Positions 45,126-52,695 of a DNA stretch of 53,799 nt are shown piece after piece; the stretch's first letter is position 1, and each line of letters begins with the position of its first letter. The stretch lies in IMG/VR virus record IMGVR_UViG_3300042988_002859, positions 1 through 53,799 of that record, one strand, 5' to 3'. The position numbers were made by a program, and so were the translations under genes. The notes beneath the pieces were generated by a model. That model did not search any database. It was not told where the DNA came from and worked only from the letters and a program-made list of their open reading frames with translations. Source of the DNA: a virus (lineage: Duplodnaviria; Caudoviricetes).

Positions 45126-45197
45126 TTATGGCCGGGAGGGGGCTACCCGTAAGGCTGCCCGCCTAGCTGATCCTAGGTTTTTGACCTCCCGGCCACC
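45126..45197 (+). ncRNA. c4: C4-type antisense RNA
   Basis: TGGCCGGGAGG/CCTCCCGGCCA closing stem; GCTGATCC and TTTTTGA match targets upstream and downstream (45212-18, 45247-52); precedes an antirepressor-type gene as in P1/P7 immI. Confidence 0.85.
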
Positions 45198-45261
45198 CTT
45201 GCCGGATGTGCTCAAAAACGCTCCGACAAGGGACTTCCAAAGTCTCGATCAGGAGCGTTTC

Positions 45262-46104
45262 ATGTCGCAATCCGTCCAAGCCGCCACCGGCGCAATCTCT
45301 CTGACCGTCATCGACGGCAGCCCCACGACCACCAGCCTGGAAGTCGCGCAGCACTTCAGCAAACAGCACAAAGACGTGCTGGAGAAGATTGCCGCACTGA
45401 GCCGAGAAGTTGGCCCAGAGTTTACTGAGCGGAATTTCCCGCCCAGTGAATACAACGACAGCACGGGCCGCGCCTTGCCCGCCTACCGCCTGACCCGCGA
45501 CGGCTTCACCCTGCTGGCCATGGGCTTCACCGGCAAGAAGGCGCTTGCCTTCAAGCTGGCCTACATCGACGCATTCAACCGCATGGAGCGCGAGCTGACC
45601 GGCCAAGCCCCACAGCTTGCCGCCCCCGCCACCCTGAGCGCGGCCCAAGCCCACGCCATCAAGTCGGCAGTCGAAGCCAAGTGCAAGGGCGACAGCAAGG
45701 CCTACAGCGCCTGCTACCACGCCCTGTACGACGCCTTCAAGGTGCCCAGCTACCGCGAGATTGAGGCGGCACGGTTTGAGATGGCGTTGAGCTTTATCGA
45801 AACTTGGCAGTACGCGCCACCGATCAACCATCAAATCGCTGCCGCCCCAATGTGGATGAGCATCAACTGGGATTGGGTGGCCGGAGCGATCGAGCGCGGA
45901 GAAATTGACGATCAAGACCTCGTCAACATGGCGCAAGCCAGCACATCGCAACTCTTCAAAAGCACCTGCACGAAACCCAAGGGCTTCGGAGAAGAAGTGG
46001 CACGTCAGATCAATCAGGATTTGCCACTCGCCGATCTGCACGCAATTGCCACGCGCTCAGCGCTTGAGCTAATGCTGCGTGTCACACGGGAAACGAAACT
46101 TTAA
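45262..46104 (+). CDS. rha: Rha family regulator/antirepressor with ORF6C-like domain
   Basis: TTSLEVAQHFSKQHKDVL, LTRDGFTLLAMGFTGKKALAFKLAYIDAFNRME; AGGAG RBS. Confidence 0.92.
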   Translation: MSQSVQAATGAISLTVIDGSPTTTSLEVAQHFSKQHKDVLEKIAALSREVGPEFTERNFPPSEYNDSTGRALPAYRLTRDGFTLLAMGFTGKKALAFKLAYIDAFNRMERELTGQAPQLAAPATLSAAQAHAIKSAVEAKCKGDSKAYSACYHALYDAFKVPSYREIEAARFEMALSFIETWQYAPPINHQIAAAPMWMSINWDWVAGAIERGEIDDQDLVNMAQASTSQLFKSTCTKPKGFGEEVARQINQDLPLADLHAIATRSALELMLRVTRETKL

Positions 46105-46260
46105 GTTTCGCCGCCCAGCAATTCAATCAAAAAGCCATCGCACCGGGCAACCCCTGCCCGGGAGCCAGTGTCGATGTCCCCGCGCATCGTGTGGTGGACT
46201 TCAAGCCCAGCGCACATCTCGAGCAATTCGTGGCCTGACACCGGCGCTACCCCACTCCCC

Positions 46261-46287
46261 GCCCGGCCTCGCGCCGGGCTTTCTTTT
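46261..46287 (+). terminator. Intrinsic terminator
   Basis: GCCCGGC-CTCGC-GCCGGGC-TTTCTTT. Confidence 0.75.
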
Positions 46288-46298
46288 GCAAGACACCC

Positions 46299-47222
46299 AT
46301 GTTCGACCAAATCTCCATTTTCATGCTGGGCGATGACTTTGGCCTGCCACAAGCCAACGAAATCCAAAATCTGGTGCAGTCCATGCCGTTCGTGCCCACC
46401 GGCGCCACACAAGAAAAGTCTGTCGGGTTTGTCCCGCCCCGTGGACGCGAACACGGCGCCCTGGTCGAGGTCATCGGCGGGCACTACATCCTGCGCCTGG
46501 GCATCGAAACGCGCAGCGTACCAAGCCGCGCCATCCGCTTGGCGGTCGATGCCAAAGCCGCCGAAATCGAGGCATCAACTGGGCGTAAGCCGGGCCGCAA
46601 GGAACGCCGCGAACTGTCTGAACAGGCGCTGCTGGATCTGCTGCCTGCCGCTTTCCCCAAGTTCGCCAGTGTGGACGTTTGGATTGACCCCCAAACGCGC
46701 CGCCTGGTGCTGGGCTCTGCCAGCCAGGGCAAGTCCGACGAAGCGCTGTCGGCCCTGATCAAAGCCGTGCCCGGCCTGACCGTCAGCCTGCTGCAGACCG
46801 CCACAAGTCCGCAGGCAGCCATGACCGATTGGCTGCTGGCCCCGTCACCAGACGATTGGCCCGAGGCTTTGCATGTCGAACGCGCATGCACGCTCAAGTC
46901 CATCGGCGACGACGCGGCCCTCGTCAAATTCAAAAACCATGCGCTGCTGACCGATGAAGTCAAAAAGCACGTCACCGAGGGCAAGCTGCCCACAGAACTG
47001 GCCCTGAACTGGGATGGCCGCATCGCCTTTGTGCTGACCGAGCACCTGCGCTTGAAAAAAATCCAGTTCCTGGACAAGGTGATGGACGCCACGGGCGCCG
47101 CAGAGGACGAAGACCGCTTTGACGCCGATGTGGCCTTGGCTACCGGCATGTTGACCCCCTGCCTGGACGGCCTGATTGAGGCGCTGGACGGGCTGCTGCA
47201 ATGGGAGGGCCAGCCATCATGA
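46299..47222 (+). CDS. rdgC: Recombination-associated protein RdgC
   Basis: SVGFVPPRG, LDLLP.AF, ELAL.W..RI.FVL, FDADV.L. Confidence 0.93.
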   Translation: MFDQISIFMLGDDFGLPQANEIQNLVQSMPFVPTGATQEKSVGFVPPRGREHGALVEVIGGHYILRLGIETRSVPSRAIRLAVDAKAAEIEASTGRKPGRKERRELSEQALLDLLPAAFPKFASVDVWIDPQTRRLVLGSASQGKSDEALSALIKAVPGLTVSLLQTATSPQAAMTDWLLAPSPDDWPEALHVERACTLKSIGDDAALVKFKNHALLTDEVKKHVTEGKLPTELALNWDGRIAFVLTEHLRLKKIQFLDKVMDATGAAEDEDRFDADVALATGMLTPCLDGLIEALDGLLQWEGQPS

Positions 47223-47377
47223 AATCCATTGAGCAAATCGCACAGGCCGCATACGTGGCCTTCATGAGCAACGCAGGCGCACCCCTCTTGCCATGGGAGC
47301 GCCTGGAAGCGCTGGAGCGCAATGCCTGGATTGCCGCCGTCAACACCGTGCGCGAAGAAATCGCCGCCGTGCATTGA
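47219..47377 (+). CDS. Hypothetical 52-aa protein (not in ORF track)
   Basis: MKSIEQIAQAAY..PWERL...ERNAWIAAV; ATGA coupling. Confidence 0.65.
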   Translation: MKSIEQIAQAAYVAFMSNAGAPLLPWERLEALERNAWIAAVNTVREEIAAVH

Positions 47378-47426
47378 TGCATCGCCACCCCAAGGGGCGC
47401 ATGGCCGCGCCCCACCCCCCTTTTTT

Positions 47427-47452
47427 CCCCAGCCTTTGTGCTGGGGTTTTTG
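47427..47452 (+). terminator. Terminator-like hairpin
   Basis: CCCCAGC-CTTTGT-GCTGGGG-TTTTT. Confidence 0.7.
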
Positions 47453-47463
47453 TTGGCGCCACC

Positions 47464-47595
47464 ATGACCACTGAAGCCCGAGAAATTCCGCCTGTTTCAG
47501 ACCCTTGCTGTGGGGGCCGCATGATGTGGCTGGACAAGCAAGACCCACGCTGCATCTTTGGCGACATGAAATCTCATGCGGCCACTGCCCGCTGA
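47464..47595 (+). pseudogene. N-terminal remnant of a phage SAM-dependent methyltransferase
   Basis: DPCCGGRMMWLDKQDPRCIFGD motif I, stops after 43 aa. Confidence 0.7.
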
Positions 47596-47806
47596 GTTTT
47601 TGCGCTGCCACCCCAGCGCCCCCGATGCATGGTGCCGCAACTGCAAGGCTTGGGCTGGCCTGCCAGAGCAGCCGCCCACCACACGCGCCACCGAAACCAC
47701 CAACAGCCGCAGCGAAGCATGCGTCTATGTGCCGCTGTCGCTTCAGTCCAAGCCAAAAAACAAGGCCCCCCATGAAAAAACAATTCCTGCTGCCCATTGC
47801 TCATGA
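47576..47806 (+). CDS. Small Cys-rich hypothetical protein
   Basis: RC..WCRNC..C pattern. Confidence 0.5.
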   Translation: MRPLPAEFLRCHPSAPDAWCRNCKAWAGLPEQPPTTRATETTNSRSEACVYVPLSLQSKPKNKAPHEKTIPAAHCS

Positions 47807-49448
47807 GCTGATCGTTGACCTCTTCGCGGGCGGTGGTGGCGCATCCACCGGCATCGAGGCCGCAATTGGCCGACATGTGGACATCGCCGTCAACCACGAC
47901 CCCGAGGCGATCAGCCTGCACGAGGCGAACCACCCGCAGACCCGCCACTTCATCAGCGATGTGTTCGAGGTAGACCCCCGCACCGTCACAGACGGCCAGC
48001 CGGTGGGCCTGCTCTGGGCCAGCCCCGACTGCAAGCACTTCAGCAAGGCCAAGGGCGGCACGCCCGTGAGCAAAAAAATCCGAGGCTTGGCCTGGGTGGT
48101 GGTCAGGTGGGCCAAGGCCGTGCAGCCCCGCGTGATCTGCCTGGAAAACGTTGAAGAGTTCCAAACCTGGGGGCCGCTGGGCGATGACAACCGCCCATGC
48201 CCGCAGCGCAAGGGCGAGACCTTCCGGCGCTGGCTGGGCGAGCTGAAAGCACTGGGCTACGCGGTCGAATGGCGCGAGCTTCGCGCCTGCGACTACGGCG
48301 CCCCCACCATCCGCAAGCGCCTGTTTTTGGTGGCCCGCCGCGATGGCCTGCCCATCGTGTGGCCCGAATCGACCCATGCCAAACCTGACGCCAAGGGCAA
48401 GACCCCAAAAGGCCTCAAGCCCTGGCGCACCGCCGCTGAGTGCATCGATTGGTCAATCCCCTGCCCTTCGATTTTCGAGCGCAAGAAGCCGCTGGCCGAC
48501 GCCACATGCAGGCGCATTGCCAAGGGGCTGGTGCGCTACGTGATTGAAGCTCAGAAGCCGTTCATCGTGAGCATTGCAAACTGGTCGAGCGAGAGCGTGC
48601 GCGGGGCCGATCAGCCCCTGTCGACCGTGACTGCCAACCCCAAGGGCGGGCACCATGCCCTGGTGGTCCCTACGCTGATTCAGACCGGCTACGGCGAACG
48701 CCCCGGGCAATCTCCCCGCGTGCCCGGCCTGGACAAACCGCTGGGCACCGTGGTGAACGGTCAAAAGCATGCCCTGGTGACCGCCTTCATGGCCAAGCAT
48801 TACACCGGCGTGGTCGGCTCAGACATGCGCGACCCGCTGGCCACCGTCACCAGCGTGGACCACCACAGCCTTGTCACGGCCAATTTGATCCACATGGGCC
48901 ACGGCGAGGGCAAGGCAGGCGGCAAGCGTTTCAGCCATGGGGTGCGCTCAGTCGATGACCCGCTGAACACCATCACCGCCAGCGGCTCGGCTGCAGGCTT
49001 GGTCACCAGCCACCTGGTCAAGCTGCGCGGCGACAACGTGGGCGGCCCGGTCACGGAACCCCTGCACACGATCAGCGCCCAAGGCCTGCACCACGGCGAA
49101 ATCCGCGCCTTCCTGGTCAAGTATTACAGCGAGGGCGGGCAAGACCAGAGCTTGCACGACCCCATGCACACCATCCCCACAAAAGACCGCTTGGGGCTGG
49201 TCACCGTGACCATCGCAGGTGAGGACTACGTGATCGTGGATATTGGCCTGCGCATGCTCACCCCCGCCGAGCTGTACCGCGCCCAAGGCTTCCCCGAGGG
49301 CTACCAGTTCCAAGCCGGTGCCGATGGCCAAACCCTGACCAAGACCGCCCAGGTGCGCATGTGCGGCAACAGCGTGTCCCCACCAGCCGCCGAGGCACTG
49401 GTGCGGGCCAACTTCAACGAAATGGCCAGTCAATGGATGGCAGCATGA
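47772..49448 (+). CDS. C5 DNA cytosine methyltransferase with repeat-expanded variable region
   Basis: DLFAGGGG, SPDC, ENV, RKRLF, GNSV; repeated P..T[VI]T...H units. Confidence 0.95.
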   Translation: MKKQFLLPIAHELIVDLFAGGGGASTGIEAAIGRHVDIAVNHDPEAISLHEANHPQTRHFISDVFEVDPRTVTDGQPVGLLWASPDCKHFSKAKGGTPVSKKIRGLAWVVVRWAKAVQPRVICLENVEEFQTWGPLGDDNRPCPQRKGETFRRWLGELKALGYAVEWRELRACDYGAPTIRKRLFLVARRDGLPIVWPESTHAKPDAKGKTPKGLKPWRTAAECIDWSIPCPSIFERKKPLADATCRRIAKGLVRYVIEAQKPFIVSIANWSSESVRGADQPLSTVTANPKGGHHALVVPTLIQTGYGERPGQSPRVPGLDKPLGTVVNGQKHALVTAFMAKHYTGVVGSDMRDPLATVTSVDHHSLVTANLIHMGHGEGKAGGKRFSHGVRSVDDPLNTITASGSAAGLVTSHLVKLRGDNVGGPVTEPLHTISAQGLHHGEIRAFLVKYYSEGGQDQSLHDPMHTIPTKDRLGLVTVTIAGEDYVIVDIGLRMLTPAELYRAQGFPEGYQFQAGADGQTLTKTAQVRMCGNSVSPPAAEALVRANFNEMASQWMAA

Positions 49449-49705
49449 CCCACGCCGAAACACCTCTACCCCGAGCCCTCGCCGCGCAAGATGTGACCGC
49501 ACACGGCGGCGTGGTCGACAGCGACTACCGCGGCGAAGTGCTGATCGGACTGCGCAACGAAAGCGTCCAGCGCTTCACCGTCAAGGCAGGAGACCGCATC
49601 GCCCAGGCCATGCTGGAACCCGTGCAGCGCATCACCTTCGAAACAGCCGAAGAACTGAGCGCCACCCGGCGCGGCGTGGCGGGTTTTGGCAGCACAGGAT
49701 TCTGA
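49445..49705 (+). pseudogene. dut: Truncated dUTPase (motifs 3-5 only)
   Basis: GVVDSDYRGE, GDRIAQ, RRGVAGFGSTG present; motifs 1-2 absent. Confidence 0.75.
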
Positions 49706-49707
49706 TC

Positions 49708-49992
49708 ATGGCCACCCCGATCCAATCAGGCGACCTGTGCGAGGTCGTTGCAGGCCTGGGACGCGACAAGAGCCCCAATTTGGGCCTGACCGTGCGCGTG
49801 GTGTCCCTGCGGGGCGAACACTCCCAACATGGCCGCATCTGGCGCTGCGAAGGGCCCGGAGTGCACCAACTCACCGATGCCGGGACTTACGTGGTGACCG
49901 GCATGGCCGACTTTGCCCAAAGCTGGCTTCGAAAAATCGAACCCGATGGCCCAAAAGACAGCCACCACGAACAACAGGAGTTGAGCGTATGA
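49708..49992 (+). CDS. Hypothetical protein (SH3-like beta fold possible)
   Basis: 94 aa, GDLC.VV...WLRKI; coupled. Confidence 0.7.
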   Translation: MATPIQSGDLCEVVAGLGRDKSPNLGLTVRVVSLRGEHSQHGRIWRCEGPGVHQLTDAGTYVVTGMADFAQSWLRKIEPDGPKDSHHEQQELSV

Positions 49993-50564
49993 ATACCGTC
50001 GAAAAACTGAAGCAAGTGCTGGAGGCGCTGGAGCAGGCGCGCTCAATGTGCGAATTGCACGGCGACAGCTTTCCAAAGGGCAACCAGTGGCACGAGGCTG
50101 CCGAGAAACTTGAAAAAGCCCGCGCCGACCTCAGCGAAGTCATCGAGCAGATGAAGAAGCAGGAGCCTTTTGGGTACATCACGCGCAGCACGGCCAAAGT
50201 TAAAGATGCGCAAAAGGTTTTGCCGGACGAAGATCCCGTGTGGCTTTGGTCGTCCATCACATTCGGCACAAAAGACCTTGAGCAATTTGAGAGTTACGAC
50301 GATCTTGAAGTGCTTCGTCTCTACACGCCCCCAGCACCCGCAGCACAGCCAGCACCTGCACAGAAGCCTGTGGCAACCATCTTTGGCAGCTTGCCTGTGT
50401 ATGACACCTCACCCGCGAAGGACCAATTGCGCAATCTGACGAATGATGAATTTGACGCCTTAATTTACGCAGACGTTCACAGAGAACCAATGACTTCTGA
50501 CCATGCTATCGATGTCACCCATGTCGCCTCCTCGATAGAGGGGAAAAAGGACAACAAGCCATGA
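49989..50564 (+). CDS. Hypothetical modular phage protein
   Basis: MNTVEKLKQVLEAL, QEP, LYTPP.PA.QP modules; AGGAG RBS. Confidence 0.7.
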   Translation: MNTVEKLKQVLEALEQARSMCELHGDSFPKGNQWHEAAEKLEKARADLSEVIEQMKKQEPFGYITRSTAKVKDAQKVLPDEDPVWLWSSITFGTKDLEQFESYDDLEVLRLYTPPAPAAQPAPAQKPVATIFGSLPVYDTSPAKDQLRNLTNDEFDALIYADVHREPMTSDHAIDVTHVASSIEGKKDNKP

Positions 50565-50755
50565 GCACCATCGACCTCTGTCTTATCGGCCTTGGTTACT
50601 TCATCTGCGCCGTCACAGGCTTTTTGACTGGGCGAAATGCCCTCAAGGCCAGCATTGAGAAACGTGTCAAAAAGGAAATCTATGAGCAAGGAAAACTTGA
50701 CGGTGCTTATGAGTTCATCCGCGACTCAATCTTTGCAGGCATCGCAAAACGTTGA
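50561..50755 (+). CDS. Small membrane-anchored protein
   Basis: N-terminal TM segment; ATGA coupling. Confidence 0.55.
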   Translation: MSTIDLCLIGLGYFICAVTGFLTGRNALKASIEKRVKKEIYEQGKLDGAYEFIRDSIFAGIAKR

Positions 50756-51026
50756 CTTGAAGATGTCCATTGCCTTGACGGCGGTGGCCAAGATGCTTAG
50801 GTCAGATTACTTCAGCATTTGCACAGTGGATAACGTCTGCAAGCTCATTGGGGCAAGGCAAGACGGTGCAGCTTACGACATGCTGCGCACTCTTCATTGT
50901 GTCCATTACCGCGAAATGCCGCAGGATGTGCGCGAGGTCCTCCCGGCATTGATGCGTGAAGTGTTTTCTCAAGCCCAGATTGAAGACGAGGCGATCCGGG
51001 GAATTTTTAAAGGGGTTCGGGCATGA
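50682..51026 (+). CDS. Hypothetical protein
   Basis: FSICTVD...LHCVHY motif; AAGGA RBS. Confidence 0.65.
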   Translation: MSKENLTVLMSSSATQSLQASQNVDLKMSIALTAVAKMLRSDYFSICTVDNVCKLIGARQDGAAYDMLRTLHCVHYREMPQDVREVLPALMREVFSQAQIEDEAIRGIFKGVRA

Positions 51027-51082
51027 CAACAGACCGCGAACAACTGGAGCTGGGCGCTGAAATCGGGAGGAAGATGCCATGA
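51023..51082 (+). pseudogene. Internally deleted gene remnant (19 aa)
   Basis: MTTDREQLEL fused to GAEIGRKMP; ATGA overlaps at both ends. Confidence 0.5.
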
Positions 51083-51540
51083 AAACCATCCACCGCCGCT
51101 CTGCCCAAGCAAAGCGCAAATATCAAGCCGACCCATCTAGCATCTACCGCCTGATGTCGCGCATTCAGCCCTTTACTGAGGATGAGCAAACCGCTTTGGC
51201 CCTGCCGGTGCGGGTGGCACTTGATGCCTTCCGCAATGGCCGCGCAAGCCAAGACGACTTCGACACTCTGGCAACCGCCGCCAATGTCTGCCTTGTCCGT
51301 AGCGAAGCCGTGAGCCCCTTGTGTGTTGAGGCATCGCAGCGTGGTCAAGACGCGCTGATGCGCGCAAAGCGCCGATTCGACAGCCTTAGACGCTGGGGGT
51401 TGGATGGTCCTGGAATTCAGGAGGTCAATGATCTGGTCGACCTGTACGAACAGTTTCTTGCTCTGAGCACGCCGCAGCAAATGAAGGATGCGCTTCAAAC
51501 GATACTGGAGCGGTCTTTTTTAGGGGAGGCGTTACAGTGA
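51079..51540 (+). CDS. Hypothetical protein
   Basis: 153 aa helical, GGAGG RBS. Confidence 0.75.
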   Translation: MKTIHRRSAQAKRKYQADPSSIYRLMSRIQPFTEDEQTALALPVRVALDAFRNGRASQDDFDTLATAANVCLVRSEAVSPLCVEASQRGQDALMRAKRRFDSLRRWGLDGPGIQEVNDLVDLYEQFLALSTPQQMKDALQTILERSFLGEALQ

Positions 51541-51920
51541 ACGCGCCGCACAACAGAGTCACGCCGAAAGGCATTGCCATGGGCAGGAATGCCGCCCGCC
51601 TTGCAGAGCTTGGGCTCGAGCGATTGAAGGGTCTTGGGCTGGATGGCTTGGAGGCACCAATGCTGCGGGGTGAAATGTGCAAGACCTGCGCATGCCGCCC
51701 GGGCGTTGTCCCGAATGGGTGCCTGCAGACGCAACTCGACTTCTTGAAATCAGCCCACGAAGGCCGGCCATTCCTGTGTCATGCACCCAAAGACGGAAAG
51801 ATGTGCGCGGGCTGGGTGCGTGTGCGTGCGGAGCTTGTGGCCAACCCACTTCCCGCCGAGGCGGTGGCGCTTCTCGACAAATGGGAGTATTCACCGAGCG
51901 AATCGGGGGTACCAACATGA
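51537..51920 (+). CDS. Cys-rich hypothetical protein
   Basis: CKTCAC..FLCH..CAGW; GTGA coupling. Confidence 0.7.
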   Translation: MNAPHNRVTPKGIAMGRNAARLAELGLERLKGLGLDGLEAPMLRGEMCKTCACRPGVVPNGCLQTQLDFLKSAHEGRPFLCHAPKDGKMCAGWVRVRAELVANPLPAEAVALLDKWEYSPSESGVPT

Positions 51921-52153
51921 CCAAGCCCACCGTCAACGTCACCGAAGCCGCCGACATCCTGAAAGTTCACGCCAAGACCGTCGAAGACCTGATTCGTGAC
52001 GGCGCTCTGCCCGCTGGCAAGGTGGGCCGGTCGTGGGTGATGATGACCAAAGACGTGTTGGCTCACGCTGAAAAAGTCATCATGGCCCAGACCGCCGACC
52101 GCCTGCGCGGCAGCAAGGCGCACCACTCATCACAGCGCGTCGGCAAGCGTTGA
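51917..52153 (+). CDS. xis: Excisionase-like HTH_17 protein
   Basis: VTEAADILKVHAKTVEDLIRDGALPAGKVGRSW; near the integrase. Confidence 0.85.
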   Translation: MTKPTVNVTEAADILKVHAKTVEDLIRDGALPAGKVGRSWVMMTKDVLAHAEKVIMAQTADRLRGSKAHHSSQRVGKR

Positions 52154-52158
52154 TTACT

Positions 52159-52695
52159 ATGGCACAAACTCCAAACACGACATGGGCACCAGTCAAAGGC
52201 TGGGCAGGCCTCTACGAATTCTCTGATAGTGGCGATGTCCGCAGCAGCGTCACAAGGCGCGGCTCGCGCAAAGGCCACATCTTGAAAAAGAGGTGGACCA
52301 CAGACGGATATGTCAAAGTAGTCCTGCGCCGTCCTGGCGAGGCATCAAACCTCTTTGTTCACAGGATTGTTTATGAGGCATTTGTCGGCCCAATCCCGGA
52401 AGGGATGGAGATTGACCACCTTGATTTCAACAAGGCAAACAACTCCACGGCAAACCTTGAGGCTGTGGCCAAAAGAACCAACATCCAGCGTTCATTTCTG
52501 AGGGGCAGGAACTTGGCAAGGGGGAGTCGGCAAGGAAGAGCATCATTCACAGAAAATGACGTGACCGAAATACTGCAGCGATCTATGGCCGGGGAGAAGC
52601 AGGTCAACCTTGCCAAGGAGTACGGTGTCACCCCGACAGCCATCTACTGCATCGTGAAGCGAAAAACATGGGCTCACGTTGAGCTACCAAAGTGA
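52159..52695 (+). CDS. NUMOD4-HNH homing endonuclease with C-terminal HTH
   Basis: W.PVKGW.GLYE.SD.G.VRS, VHRIV..F, IDHLD.NK.NN...NLE, LAKEYGV. Confidence 0.9.
   Translation: MAQTPNTTWAPVKGWAGLYEFSDSGDVRSSVTRRGSRKGHILKKRWTTDGYVKVVLRRPGEASNLFVHRIVYEAFVGPIPEGMEIDHLDFNKANNSTANLEAVAKRTNIQRSFLRGRNLARGSRQGRASFTENDVTEILQRSMAGEKQVNLAKEYGVTPTAIYCIVKRKTWAHVELPK

Noticed and set aside
45126-45197. tRNA gene
   Set aside because: Multi-stem but no T-loop or D-loop consensus; fits a c4 antisense RNA
44941-45261. N-terminal extension of Rha (ash-like frame)
   Set aside because: Region is explained by c4 RNA elements; strong SD before ATG 45262
42111-49502. Long minus-strand ORFs opposite recT, the exonuclease, rha, rdgC and the methylase
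   Set aside because: Shadow ORFs of well-supported plus-strand genes
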